Below, one piece after another: positions 1-13,019 of a DNA stretch of 64,000 nt. This DNA comes from Macrostomum hystrix (lineage: Eukaryota > Animalia > Platyhelminthes), in assembly GCA_950097015.1 (NCBI GenBank), contig CATNEN010000013.1, forward strand, positions 744,001 through 808,000, in the 5' to 3' direction. Below the pieces are notes generated by a model. That model was given only the letters and a program-made list of their open reading frames with translations. It had not been told where the DNA came from and did no database searches. Made by a program: the position numbers and the translations under genes. Positions within the stretch are counted from its first letter, which is position 1. Each line of letters opens with the position of its first letter.

Positions 1-444
1 TTTGGTCCCCGTTGCCTTTGTGTCACGTTCTTACATTTCTACTTTTAGTACAGTATAATGTATATTTTCCCGCCCCGCCCCCATCTATTCCTCTGTCAAA
101 AGTGAAATTAGCACCCGATCGATATTTTCCGTTTTCCAAACCACCTTTTCGCCAGCCAATCAGCGCTCTTTCCAACCCCTCACCCTCCCAGCTCCTTGAG
201 GCGCTCTAGTTATTGCACACCCCTTTTCTAAATTAAGTTTTTCTACTGGCTTTTCTTTAACTTTTTGGCCTCAGTCAACTGCTAGAAGTTCCGGCTGGTG
301 TTGCAAGCTTGTCAGAGACTTTTCTCACCATTTTTTTCCTTAGGTAATATAGTTAATCTCATATTAAATCAATACAGATATTTACGATTTGACCTAGTCT
401 TGTTAAGAACCGATGATATCTTTACTGCTCTTAGTTTTTGGGCG

Positions 445-620
445 TTTTTTGAGAGTCCATTGGTTAGAGCTTCGAACTGCCAATCGAGAGGTTAGGAGTT
501 CGAATCTCAGCCCAAGGGAAACTAAACTAAGCCGTCCGACATCAGCATAGTCGAATTATTCAGCGATCCTTGGCAAAGACCCTGGTGACAAGGACAACTA
601 ACACTGTTCTGTATTAGAGA
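445..620 (+). mobile_element. tRNA-derived SINE-like element (tRNA-like head plus body shared with copies at ~29.6 kb and ~48.2 kb)
   Basis: D-arm-like TGGTTAGAGC (461-470), imperfect anticodon-like arm around GCC, B-box GTTCGAATC (498-506). The body motif GAC(C/T)TGGTGACAAGGACAACT recurs near 29660 and 48230. Confidence 0.45.
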
Positions 621-679
621 CTCTATTTTAGAGATCAAGGGAAGGTTTAAAAAATTATGTACTATTATTACCTTCGCAG

Positions 680-3084
680 TTGTGTCAGCGCCAGAAGTCA
701 CCTTAGCTGAAGGCCCGCTGGCGCTGAACATCAGCTGGACGGTGTCTCCGCCGGGTGCGGCGTTTCGCATTCGCCGCTTTCGCGTCCAGCAGCACGAACT
801 GGCGCCGGAGCCGAAGCGAAAACGCCGACTAGCAGACAGCTCAGAAGCTGCGGCGGCCTCCGCCTCCACTCACGCCGAGGCCGGTCTGCCAACAACCCTG
901 GAGGAGGTGTCCGCCTCCGTTCAGTCGATTCTGTGGTCCGGCGTCAAGCCTCGCCGAGTCTATCAGTTTCGCGTCGCCTTCGACATCATCGGCAGCGCAT
1001 CGGCCAGTGGAGACGACGGTGTCAGCCCCTGGAGCCGGCCAGTCAGCTTCGCCCACGTTGTCGGCCCGGCGCCGCGCATCACAAGCGTGCCGCGTCATTC
1101 ACGAGAGCCGCTCACCTGGACCTACATTGGGGACGCTGGCGCCACCGGCTTTGTGGTCTGGGTGCGGAACCTGTCGGTGCCACAGCCGCATCGGCGCTAC
1201 ATCAAGTACTGGGTGGCCAACGGTTCGGCGAGGCAGTTTTTCTTCTACGATTTGGCCGCAGGTCCGAGCTACGAGCTGAGCCTGTTCGCCCGGCTGGCTG
1301 GCGTTCAGAGATCGCCTGACAGTCGCATCGAGTCGTTCAAGTTGGCTGGAGATGCCGACAATGGCGCCGGCGGTCGACAGTCGGACAGGCGAGGCGACCG
1401 CACTCGGGTGGACGGCGTCGGCGACAAGGAGGATTCATCATTGCCATCACCACCACTGCTGATCCTGCTGGTGCTGGCCGGAGCCATCGGGCTGCTGCTG
1501 CTGGCCGTCGGGTTTGTCTTCCTCGGACTCTGCCTGCGTAGGCTGAGACGCGATCGGAAGCTGCGGGCTCGCCTAACCAGTAAGTGACCCCTTATGTACC
1601 CGTATGCACCCTTGTTATGAACTGAGGCTGCTGATTTTAGAGGTCGTTAATTATACAGTGGACTAATCAAGACATAGGAGGGGGTGTTCCATCAGTACTT
1701 TTACTTTTTCATGCTGCTAAACAACTACCCAATGGATCAACACGATCTTAGTGTAGTTTTCCGTAGTCGTTTTTTAGCAGCACGAAAACATTTAGGTATT
1801 TGTGATCTGTGCCTTTCTCATAAGGTTGTCTTCAAATCCGTCTTCAAATCTAGCCATCTAATGCTACATTCGAACCACTTGATTCTTAATTTTACAGACG
1901 ACTCTTGGAGCAACAACATAACATACGGTAAATAAAATTGTTTCAATGATTAAATTGTTAAATTTAGCAATCCGGAACAAAATAGTTTTCAACTCGCTGT
2001 GGACGATTCCAGCTCCCCATATGCCAATGCCGACCGCCTATGCCGTTGATCCGATGAAGGAGCCACCAAAACTGCAGCTGCAGCCGCATCAGCAGCCGCA
2101 GCTGTACTTGACCTATCAGCCTACAACCCTGGGCGGCCGGGGCCATCAGCAGCCGCAGCTGAACTTATGCGACATGCTGGACGGTGGCATCGGTGCGAGG
2201 CCGCCTCTGGCCTCCGCCGGACAGCACAGTATCTACGCTTCGCTGCGCAGCCAGCGCGAGCGAACGCCCATGCTGCTGGAGTTCTGCCCAGCTCCAGCCG
2301 GAGCCTCCCAGTGCAGCCCAGCCGCTTTACAGGGCAACGGCGGTTGTCATGGCAACGAGGAGGGTGAATTAATCCCCGCCGCAGGGGCCGCAGCAACACC
2401 GCGACTGCAGCAGCGCTGCGCTGGTCTCAATGGACAGGCCGATACGGAATCATTGTACAGTAGCTTCGCCAGCCAGCAACAGCAGAAGCAGCAACAGCAG
2501 CAGCAGCAACAGCACGAGCAGTCACAGCAGCCTTCGGTCTATCAGCAGCAGCAGCATTATCAGACACCGACCACTGGACGATCGTCGGCCACTCTAGACT
2601 CCTCTCGACGGCATCACAAGAGGCGACGGCGTCAGCAGGGTGAGGGAACGCCAACTCTGGCTCGAGATCAGCCGCAGCCGATGCAGCCGATGACAACGAT
2701 GCTCCAGGATCAGCACAGCAGTCCGACACCGCCGCCAGTTCCAAAGCACAGACGAGTCAACGGTACAAAGACTAATTAATGTTTTTGACAGTTTTCCAAC
2801 TGTTTTAATGAACACATCGATCACTGCCGACAGTGAAACTTGAAATAAATAAAGCCTACAAAAACCCTTTATCTACCTATTCAGGCCAGATATATGCCAG
2901 ACCCAGCGATCTGCACGTGTTCGGCTCTGTCGGTCCAACTCCTACAGCTGTGGCGCACTCACAATCTCAACGGTATCGCTACACAATGGGCAATGGCGGC
3001 GGTTTCAGTCAGCAGCAGCGCGGCCAGGCGGAGGGTTCTGCACCGCCAGCTTATCCCGTGATGGGCCTGCCGTACAATGCCTGA
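680..3084 (+). CDS. 5'-partial single-pass membrane receptor/adhesion protein: FN3-like domains, TM helix, Gln/Pro-rich tail (exons 680-1579, 1968-2762, 2885-3084)
   Basis: FN3-like motifs (LNISW..P, YQFRV, YELSLFA), a hydrophobic segment followed by RRLRRDRK, and GT-AG introns that are all phase 1 and join in frame. The tail has PPAY and Tyr motifs. Upstream exons are not seen. Confidence 0.75.
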
Positions 3085-6000
3085 AGCTGAGACGGTCATG
3101 CTCAGAACGCACAGAAACGTCCGGTCCCATCCTCAATGGCTCCATATAAGCGGGCTAGTCCTATAAAAATTAAAATCTGATGGGAAAACATTTTACGTTT
3201 TTTGGTAGAAAATGAAAACAGGCTTTTAGTCTGTATTCTAATGGACAGAACCTTTTCTCCTGCGTTTCTGTTCCGTCATTTTTATATGTTTTGTTTTAAA
3301 AGATCCAAGGTATTTTTGTTCGCAGAGTAAGTATATATGCGGAATTACACTATAGTTTTTTCGGAAAGGTTCGACCATCATGTATAAAGGAATCAATCGA
3401 TGTTAAATTTCGACGTTATTTTTATCAAAGTATGAGCCATCTTAGCACTATTTTGACGGAGATTTGGGCGTCACTGGGAGGGATGAGGCTTGTGTAAGGA
3501 AACGCAACAAAACAAAACACCTGTGACTAGGAGTAAATATAGTAAGCCGTCTAATGACAAAAGCTGACGGAATGTGCTGTAACTTGTGTGGCATGTAGCT
3601 TGTGGTAAGATGAGAGAAGGCTATTATGGAAGGAGCTATAACTTTCACGAAGCTGTTAAGTCTATCCGCCCTTTATTAAAATATTGCTTTTATAGTCTCT
3701 GTTTCGTAATTCACACTAATATGTATCGTGAACCTTCCCATGTACAATCGATATTTGTAACTCACGTGGCTTTTCTATTTTGTGACTGCTTCTAGTAATT
3801 TCGGCGGCGGTTTTGTTTTTTGCGTTAATTCGTCTTCGACTTGTGCCATTTTATTGAATCTCATTAGCCTAGACAGAGTCGGGAAATCGCATTGGTATCG
3901 TTATTTTATTTGTGATTGGCTTTGTAATTTAGTACTTAGCTTGAGTTTCAGTCTGCTTTTATATTAATTTACTAAACAAAAAAACGATTAAGCGAAATTT
4001 GGCTATAAAATTTTCAATGTTCCTTTCGTTCGCTTGACAAAAATGACTGATGGAAATATTCTCATTTAAGGTTTGGCTTGTGTCACATAAGCTTTTGCTA
4101 TTTGCTGTGCAGTAATCAAACTCTAATTGTTGTATACCCAAATGAAAAAACTGCTAGACTAATAGCTAAAGCAGCATTCATTAAATACACAAATCAATGT
4201 GATCGATACCAATCTTTGTATTCATACATAGAAAGCTATAAGAGTGTTATCCCAATGCTTAAATCTTGCAGCTGAATATTTCTAAGCTTGTTCGATTTCT
4301 AAAAATTACACATAATGATAGACTTTTAGTCGTCAGCTATAGCTAGTACATCATCCTCATTTGACGTGTTCGATCTGAGCAGTCTATGTCAGGATAGTTA
4401 GCCGTATGCCGATCGACTTCACAAAGTCGATCAAGATACAGGGCAGTTATACGAGTACAATTACCTAATCATCGAAAACAAAAGAAGTACCTGAGTAGCG
4501 ACGCATCATTTAAATTGGCGACAGTCGACGTGAAGCCGGCGATTAGATAACCCTTGACCATTCGGAATTAAGCCATATTACACTAACGTTGTTAGATTTG
4601 ATCAAAGGGCTGCAAATTACATACGGGCTTTGCAGCTTCCTCACGATCGTGCAATTATCATGCCGATTTTTATGCCGTCTTCGAGCCTCATTGCAATATA
4701 TTTTAGGACTTTTGCAGAGTGTGCAAAATTGCGTTTCCCAATCGCGCAGGGACATCGGGAAACTGCTTAGGCCTAGCTAATAGGAAGATCAACACAAACA
4801 CGAGGTAAAAAGTCAAAAGAAGCCACACATTGAAAAAGCAGTCAAGGCAAAAATGCAGAAAATATTTACTTTATTTATCGATGTCTAAATGGTTTTCGCA
4901 ACTGAATTACTGAATTTACGCCCTATTAGGTTTACAGAATTTTAAGCAAAATGCTGGTTAAAACCATTAAACATTTCATGCTTGTAGGCCTAGGCCTATC
5001 TGCAGCAAAGATTGACTGTTGAAATCTTTCGATTTAAACAAAGCTGGCGCAAATTTGAAAACCACGTGATGCATGGTTCTAATTCAGTCTCATGGAGCTG
5101 AATTTTCTCTTCATTAATTTAGCAAATGTCCTCCCATTATCACTCAGTTATATCATAAAAGCTTAGCTTCAAACGCCAGACCGTTCTAAACCATAATCAG
5201 TCCAGCTTACATATTTGCAGCATCATAAAGTAAATATTTAATTAGTGTCTAAATCTATATTATTATTACATTAACATTATAAGCAGTTGAAAAGCATGTT
5301 ATTTTTGCATTCATTACAAAAAGCGCATAATTATTAAAATCATGTTCAATATACATTTGATTATTTCTGTGTCGAATAGGGGCCTAGCTCAACACAGCAT
5401 TGTTTCATAGACAAATTTAATGAAAAGACTGCATACTACAACCCAATTTATATTAGGAATTGTTTTTGTATTGTATTGTATGTTTGTTAAATGTTCCAGT
5501 CCCTTTGTATGCCACCATCTCGTCTGCCAATAGACGAATTGACTCATTTGTGAACAAATAAAATGCATGAGCAGAAGAATAAGTTGCACACAGGTCACAG
5601 TACTTGATTTGATGGCTGTGAGAACATGCCTTCAAAATGAGTCTGATCTTGATGTTTAGATGTGCTGCAGACTAAAGTGATGTAAATATAAAAGCACCAC
5701 TACACTTGATAAATATGAACTTGTGCATTGCATTTGCATTTTATCTAGGGCCTATTTGGTATTTTATTTTGTGACAATTAAAGTTGAGCAGAAGAATTTG
5801 TTTCAATTGTTTGTATGACAGATGAGTTTGTATGAATTTTCTTTTAACTTGACAAGTTAATAGCAAACAAGATGGTGGCAGAAAAAAATAATGAAAACAG
5901 TTTGTGAAGTGTCAAAAAAAAATTTTAATGTAATGCTTTATGATTTTTTACTTTTTTTCAATGCTAACTGGAGATTTTGTCAGTTATATATATCTCAGTT

Positions 6001-6791
6001 TATTTGTTTGTGTTGTACCGGTTGTCCTGCTAACAATGCGGGAATTGGTGGACTCCAATATGAAGTCTAAGAGTACTAGGTAATGTAATAGTAGCACTGC
6101 CACCAGGGCATTAGGACTTCTGTCTTCGGTGAGGTGAAGGATCCTTGGCCAGAAAGAGATAAAGTCACAAAGTCTTGGGAAATGTATACCGTGCAGAGTT
6201 CCAGTCACAGTTAAAGGCTATCAGAGTCCTATGTAGCTTGGGTGGTGGGGAGAGGCTAAGTTAGTTTCGGGACAGCCAGAACTGAGCTTACGAGCAGTCA
6301 CACAGAGACTAAAGCAGGAACTTAGACACTGATGGTACTGTACTCTTGGTAAGAGAGAGTGACTATGACAAGGTCAGAAAATTGCTAGCGAAAAGGAGAA
6401 CTTTAAGAACCAAAGGAGCGGGGCTTTCTTTTATAGGCAAGGGCCTCCTATAGGGTCAGTGCAGAGTTAGAAAACATGTAATGGAATCACGTGGTTTCTA
6501 AAATTAGCAACTGATGTCAGTGGCACCAGGAATGTCACTCCTATGTAGGCTCCTGTCTTATAATCAAGGCCCCAAGTGCAGTAAACATGTTTACCTGCAC
6601 TTTCAAAGACAAAGAGAGAGGCCAGTCACATGAGAAGAATCACGTGCTGACTGAGGGCAGACAAGCACACACAAAGAAAGGACGGGGAACAACAAAGCCA
6701 GTGAGGGACAAAGAGGTGATGACTCATCCCTGGGGGAGAGACAACACACTCAAAGTGCAGGTGTGGCCGGGGTAGGGCAGGGCAGAGAGGG

Positions 6792-9700
6792 AATGGACGT
6801 CTCTAGTTAGAATCTGTTTAGGAAGCTTCCCATTGGTCCTCCAAGTTTAGGCCAGTTTTTAATACCTGCATATCTATGCCAAGCTCATTTGAAAAGTGTT
6901 TATTGCGATAGTAATTGATGCTTAATTTAGTTTATATATTAGTCTCCACAAATTGAATTCATACAAATAGTCAAACAATGAAAAAGTATAAAAAGAAACA
7001 AGATATACATATTTCAGAAAAGCATTAGCAAACAAGCAATATACATGTAAGAGCAAACATTTTGAACGCCATTTCACTTCAAAGATTAAAAAGCTAACCG
7101 TTATTCTAAATTGCATTCAAGCACAGGGTAGCTCAAATCCAAAAGCAGCAAATACTCGTAATACAAGCATAGCATAAAGTAGCATGCTTCATCACTATCC
7201 AGTAAGCTTAGCAATTTTTTTGCTTTTCTTTATTCGCACTCATGTAATTAGATAATTCTTTGATCAGATTTTTAATTGTGCAGTTAAAAAATGACCTCAC
7301 AACACCTTTCTTGATGTCGTGGCCCTCCATGCACATGGTTCGGCCCATGAAAGCCTCCACAAATAGATTGTCATCCACAAGCATATCAGCTAAACAACAA
7401 AACAGCTGCAGTTGATTAGGAGCGCACAGCAGCTTTCTCCGAAGATCATCATTTTGGCGAATCTCCTCAAAGATCTGCCAGCAATGTTTTGCAATGGCAA
7501 ATACAACCTTGGTTGGTCTAGTCAAACCACCATGATTTATTTCGTCCAGAAAAGCTGATGCTGATGGTTGAACCCAATCTTCAGTTTCAAGCAGTGGCAG
7601 AATGTCAGGACTTACTAGCATCTCACGGCAGGACTCGCATCCGCGCTTTCGATTTAGAAATGATCTTGCGATTGCGCCACTTACATAATAAATTACGGTG
7701 CAGTCCAACGTTCCAGGCTGAATGGTAAGCTCGATCTTTTCAGAAAGCTCACTTGCTAGATTAATGCACTGCTGCTGATCACAACTGTTGGTGACTGAAT
7801 CAAGGGCACTATCAATTTGTCACACCTACAAATCTAAGAATTTTAGCAAACTGATTGCAGCAATCTTGCGACTGTTCTCAATCAGCTGCCTGGCAGATAT
7901 AAAATAGTTTGCTCCGGAAATCTGGCGGAGCCAGCCGAATCTCTTCTCGATACTGTCAGACTGAAGAGAGCCAAGGAGGACATATGAGAAGCCTTCGCGA
8001 TCAAGTAGGTGTCTCGCACAGGCAGCTATTGTGTGACAGGTAGTTCGACAAGCCAGAAATGTCTCCTTTGAGAGCCCATGCTTGCTGGTCGACTGCCATT
8101 CCTGTGTAGGAAAATAGAATGTAGGAATCACTGATTGGACACTAAGTTTTGTGAACTTAAGTAAAATTAGGGGTTAGTTATTAGTTGAATGCTATAATCA
8201 CTTTCCTATTTAATAAAATATGCTTTCTCGTTCTTACCTTCAATATATTTCCAAAATCATCCAAAAATCGAAGCTTCCAGTCCAGAGATGATCGCACGGG
8301 ATCCTGGACTATATCGCACTTGTGGTATCCTTTTCACATTAAGTATTTTCCACAGCTTGACAATGACGCCAATAAAATTAGCTGTATCGAGCCAGTTCTT
8401 GCCTTCGTGTTCACTGTAGTACCTCAACGCATGGAGGGTAGACTTGCAGAAAAGGGATACAGCCATTTTCACAGAAGATGTTTCAATACTTTTAGGATCA
8501 AGCGTAGTAGTACTTACCTTGTGTGCCAATCTTACTGGCATCCCAGCTTCAGCGTGATAGAGCTTTGCAGAAGTTTTGAACAATATTTTCAAAATATTGT
8601 GGTATGACAAATCTGGTTCAAAATAGGTGGATAGGCAGGACATTCAAAGCTTGAAAATTATTGTATATGTTTTTCAGGTTGTGCACCGGGTTGAATAGGA
8701 TAAAAATTGGCTGCCCACTGATCTTGTCAATAACCGATGATTGCAGTTCTCCTTCACACACAAAATCGATAATAAACTTTCTGTTCACTGGAGCATTGTC
8801 AATAGATATAGCAATGATGGAAAACTGCATGCTTCTCAGAAGTTCCATTGTCTCCTGGAACCAGCAATCGAGTTCGCGGGCGGTTAGTTTAGCTACCGGA
8901 TACATGGACACCATGTCTTTGAACTTCCCAGCTACTGATCTTGTCATAAAGCAGCAGTACATCAACGCTATTGGTCCATTTTCATCCACTCCGCTAACTT
9001 GACCTCCACAGTATTCCATCCGGTTAGCAATGTAGATCTCATCAATGATCAGCACAACAGTTTTTTTCCATTTTTGTAAGTTTAGATGCCCGCAGTCGAA
9101 GGTAGCCCTGAGTGCCCAGTCCATCCTTACTAAATTTACTAGTAATAAAACAAACAGTTCGCACCGATGGAATGCAGAGAATGTCTTGCTTGCAAAGTAG
9201 TTAATATGCGGCACAGTTTGTGGAGAAGATCGTGTAGCACAGTACTAGTAGAGGCTGCGAAAATGGCCTTGCTGGCTTTGGCAGTTTTCGCAACTGAATT
9301 TGTTCTTGAAGGAAGGCTATCGACCTGTCATCCTGCTGTTCCAGAGCTTTGGATAAGTTGTCTTGGGCTAAATCAAGGAAAAAAATTGAATGCTTATGAG
9401 AATACGCTTCCGAAGAATGAGCTGAAGATGCATCCAGTTCTTCATTCAAGCACTTTACTCGTGTCATTAGATTCAGGATCTCGCTAATCAAATGTACAAT
9501 GCGATCTTTCCCGACTTGCATGATCGTCATATCCTTTGGCAGTGCCGAACCCTTCAATCCGATTGAGATGTCATGGCCTGGTCCTATGACAATAGAACAC
9601 GCTATCTGACAGACTTGAAGAAGCTCCAGCATGTAGATGCAGAGCTTTCCATTGCAGATAGATGTTTGAAAGCCAGCAGGCCGACTATCCGTCGAGTCAA

Positions 9701-10615
9701 GACGTTCTTGAAGTTGTTCGGGTGAACAATCTTGAATGCTGTCGCTGGAAAAGAAACCATCAATCTGCTCCTGTAGCCGGTCATTTTTATTCTCCAATCG
9801 TGCAGAGGATGACACTGAGCATGTGCTTCGAGCTGCAGGCGCAGTTGATGAAAGGTACTTGGGTGCGTTATTGAAGATAGAAGGCACAGCCTCAGGCTTC
9901 AAGTGGCGATTCTTCAGCCAACCATTGTCGATTTTCTTGCAATAAATATTTTTGTATTTTGTCGTTTCAACAAAGTCGTTGGCAGTGAAATGCAGTGAAC
10001 ATATTTTGGAATGTTTTGTCGGCTCAAGGTCTTTTCTTGGATTGGCCTTTTTCCTCTCTTCCAAAATAGTTGGGTTGCAAAATGGATAGCTATGAAAAGT
10101 TACAGTATCCGGAGTGGAATCGCTGGCGTAACCGCTTTTGCAACCGTAAGCAGAGCACTTGTTCACCATCTTGGCGGTTTGATATCTTGGCGGTCTCACC
10201 GGCGGTTTGGCGGTGAGACAAGCAGACAAGCAGAGAAAACTCTATACCTACTGACCTGCCATGGTCAGACATTATAAGGATATTGAAGCACCCTTCTGGT
10301 GAATCATTTCATACGACCTGGGTCGGACCTGCTGCACTTCCGCAATTGTACACTGTTTCCGTAATGTACAACTCATTCCCTTTTAGTCACTGTAGATATC
10401 ATAAGAGCCCGCATGTGCACAATAACTCCACGTGCTGTCTTTTCCACCTCCAAAAGGCTTGCTATGGTATGAGTTTCCTTGTTGTCCCCTTCTCTTTGTT
10501 CTATTGAAAATATTTTCCCACAGCCACAAATTGAAAACGCATGGCCTAAAGTTGGAGAAAATTTCCGAGCAAAAAAATATGCTTCCTGTCCAGATTCTAA
10601 CTAGAGACGTCCATG
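6792..10615 (-). mobile_element. P-superfamily DNA transposon P1 (THAP-transposase)
   Basis: Perfect 24-bp inverted repeat ATGGACGTCTCTAGTTAGAATCTG (6793-6816 vs 10591-10614), extending imperfectly to ~35 bp. The right end reads 5'-CATGG. It encloses a decayed THAP/P transposase. No matching TSD at the left end. Confidence 0.8.
7208..10169 (-). pseudogene. P-element/THAP9-type transposase copy 1, frameshifted, with phase-0 intron 8102-8237
   Basis: THAP C2CH motif (CSAYGC...CSLHF), IIDE, SIDNA, PVHNLKN and QSDSIEKRFG motifs are split over ORFs 9201-10229, 8618-9214, 8257-8643, 7826-8131 and 7208-7708. Confidence 0.88.
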
Positions 10616-10946
10616 GTTTGGCCAGGGACTTCTATAAATAGCATCTGGACTGGAAGGCAAAAAGAGCCTTTACCCATTGTGGGCATCCAATCCTTGAGCA
10701 GCAAAGCGCTTTGCTATGGAAATCGCGTGTTTTTCGCTTTAAATTGAACAGGAAAAGCAGATTGCAGTTAACTAAACTATAAATTTAAGTGAAGTAAAAA
10801 GCAATTATTTCACGATAAATTTGTTTTCAGTTCAATAATGATTACCATGCTGATCATTCAGGTGTTGCTTGCAGAATAGCCGGATAGCTTGTTAATTTTC
10901 CGCTTTCTTCCGCCTTCATGATTGGAAATCTGCTTCGCAAGATTTT

Positions 10947-13019
10947 TCAGCCAAATCGGCGCTCAATGCAGTCGGACTGAATTGCCCCCAGAAGCACATA
11001 GGAAAATCCCTCATGATCTAGGAGGTGCCTGGCGCAAGCAGAAATAGCACGGCAAGTTGCTCGGCAGGCAAAGAAGGTCTCCTTGGACAAACCTGAGCTC
11101 TTCGACATTTCCCATGTGTCCAGGAAATCAGCGAACTCTTCCAGAAACTGCAATTTCCAATCAAGTGAGGACCGAATTGGGTCCTGACTGATGTTGCGCT
11201 TGCATTTTCCTTTGGAGGGGGTTTTGACATTCAAAATGTTCCAAAGCTTAAGCACGAGACCGACAAAATTGGCGGTGTCTAGCCAATCTTTGTTGGCATG
11301 CTCTGAATAATACCTCAGCGCATCGCGAGTCGACTCGTTAAAAACAGCGAGTGCTAGCTTTGCAGAAGTTTTTTCGATGCTCTTAGGATTAAGCACAACA
11401 GGATTTAGCTTGTGTGCAATCTTCAGAGGCTTTGATGCTTCGAGTTCGTAGAGACAAATTATGTGCTCAAACCGAGCTTCGGATGGTTTGGGTAGCATCG
11501 ATGATGGTGGGAGGCTGAAGACTCTTCGACTCAGGAAATTGTTGTAAATATTCTTTAAGTTATGCACTGGGTCAAAGAGCACAAACACAGGCTGCCCTGT
11601 TGTCTCATCGACAAAAAATGTCTCAGTGCCGTTGGCACACAGGTCCTTAACGAACTTGCGATTGACTGGAGCGTTGTCAACACAGACTGCAACAACCGTG
11701 AATGTCAACCTTTTCAAAACTTCAAAGGCCTGTTGAAACCACTCGGAGAGTTTTTTGGCAGCTAAAGTCGACACGGCGTGCATCGATACCATGTCCTTGA
11801 ACTGCCCAGCAACTGAGTTAATCATGAAGCAGCAGAAGGTGGATGCAGTCGCACCATTTTCATCAATGCCACTCAATTGACCATGGCTGTATTCGATCCG
11901 GTGAGCAACGTAGATCTCATCGATTACAAGAGTGACGACTTTCTCCATCTGAGAAAGTTTAGAGGCTCTTAGCTTCAGATAGCCTTCGGAATCCAAGCCT
12001 TCACTGGAGCCAACTCTGGCAGTGATGGATCTAAGAGTTCGATCAGAAGGAAGGCAGAGAGAATCCTGTTGCAACATGGTCTTGTAAGCCGAGGCACTAA
12101 TTAAGTAGATGAGGTAAGAAAAAACAAGAAGATGTTGGGAATACTTCCTACCTGGTGGCGGCTTCCGGCTCAACTTCAACTGCTCCAGAACGAAGCCTAC
12201 AGTGCGGTTTTCAGACAGCGATGTTGCTTCTTCCAGTAGATCTTGAGCCAAATTCAACAGACGGGAGACCTTCTTGTCAAGAGAGTGAGGCTGGGTGCTT
12301 CGAGCATCCTCCTTCCAGTTTTTTACTCTGGACATGATGTTGACCAGTTGGCTAAGTGTAACAACTCTTTCACCGTCCAGAAGGTCGGCAAAAGTGGCAG
12401 ATTTTAGTGGCACGCCATTTAATCCACACCTGATAGTGTGATCTTCGTGCAAGCAGATGTAGCAGGACATGTGGGGAAATGGCTCCATATCCACCATATA
12501 GATGCAAAGCTTGTTCTCCTGGATTGTGACCTGGAATCCGGTTGGCTTGCTCTCTTCCTGATCCAGCTTGTGGTTTATGTAATGGAGATCAGCGTTAGCG
12601 ATGGAATCCGCTTCTCGAAAGTCATCGATCCTGTTCAGCAGCTCATTATTCTCACGCTCCAGGCGCCCAGTTGCTGTGGCGGCCGTTGAACGGGGCGGCA
12701 AATTTTCAGAAGACATATATGAAGGTGCATTCGGAAAGATAGATGGTACTGCACCTCGCTTCAGAACGCGCTTGTTTAGTCGGTCTTTAGTCTTCTTACG
12801 GGTCGGATTGGAATCGATCGAAGCTTCCAAAAAATCATGCGTTTGAAAATGCTGTGAGCAAATCCTGGAGTGCTTTGTCGGCTGGAAATCCTTCCTTGGA
12901 TTTGCTCGGTTCCATTTCTCTAGCAGTGCTGAATCTTGCAGTGGGTAGCTATGGAAGGTTACTCCTTCAGACTTTCCTGCTCTATTCGTGCATCCATATG
13001 CCGAACAGGAATTTACCAT
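10947..13019 (-). CDS. THAP + P-element-type transposase copy 2: uninterrupted 690-aa ORF, intronless, C-terminally truncated
   Basis: ORF with THAP domain, VIDE, VDNA, DPVHNLKN and QSDCIERRFG. It stops right after the catalytic-Glu motif, where copies 1 and 3 continue (GWLRQ...). Confidence 0.85.
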   Translation of the reverse strand: MVNSCSAYGCTNRAGKSEGVTFHSYPLQDSALLEKWNRANPRKDFQPTKHSRICSQHFQTHDFLEASIDSNPTRKKTKDRLNKRVLKRGAVPSIFPNAPSYMSSENLPPRSTAATATGRLERENNELLNRIDDFREADSIANADLHYINHKLDQEESKPTGFQVTIQENKLCIYMVDMEPFPHMSCYICLHEDHTIRCGLNGVPLKSATFADLLDGERVVTLSQLVNIMSRVKNWKEDARSTQPHSLDKKVSRLLNLAQDLLEEATSLSENRTVGFVLEQLKLSRKPPPGRKYSQHLLVFSYLIYLISASAYKTMLQQDSLCLPSDRTLRSITARVGSSEGLDSEGYLKLRASKLSQMEKVVTLVIDEIYVAHRIEYSHGQLSGIDENGATASTFCCFMINSVAGQFKDMVSMHAVSTLAAKKLSEWFQQAFEVLKRLTFTVVAVCVDNAPVNRKFVKDLCANGTETFFVDETTGQPVFVLFDPVHNLKNIYNNFLSRRVFSLPPSSMLPKPSEARFEHIICLYELEASKPLKIAHKLNPVVLNPKSIEKTSAKLALAVFNESTRDALRYYSEHANKDWLDTANFVGLVLKLWNILNVKTPSKGKCKRNISQDPIRSSLDWKLQFLEEFADFLDTWEMSKSSGLSKETFFACRATCRAISACARHLLDHEGFSYVLLGAIQSDCIERRFG

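Noticed and set aside
6200-6790. LTR-like stretch with a TATA-like motif on the minus strand
   Set aside because: No second copy, no clear TG...CA ends with TSD, and no associated coding sequence.
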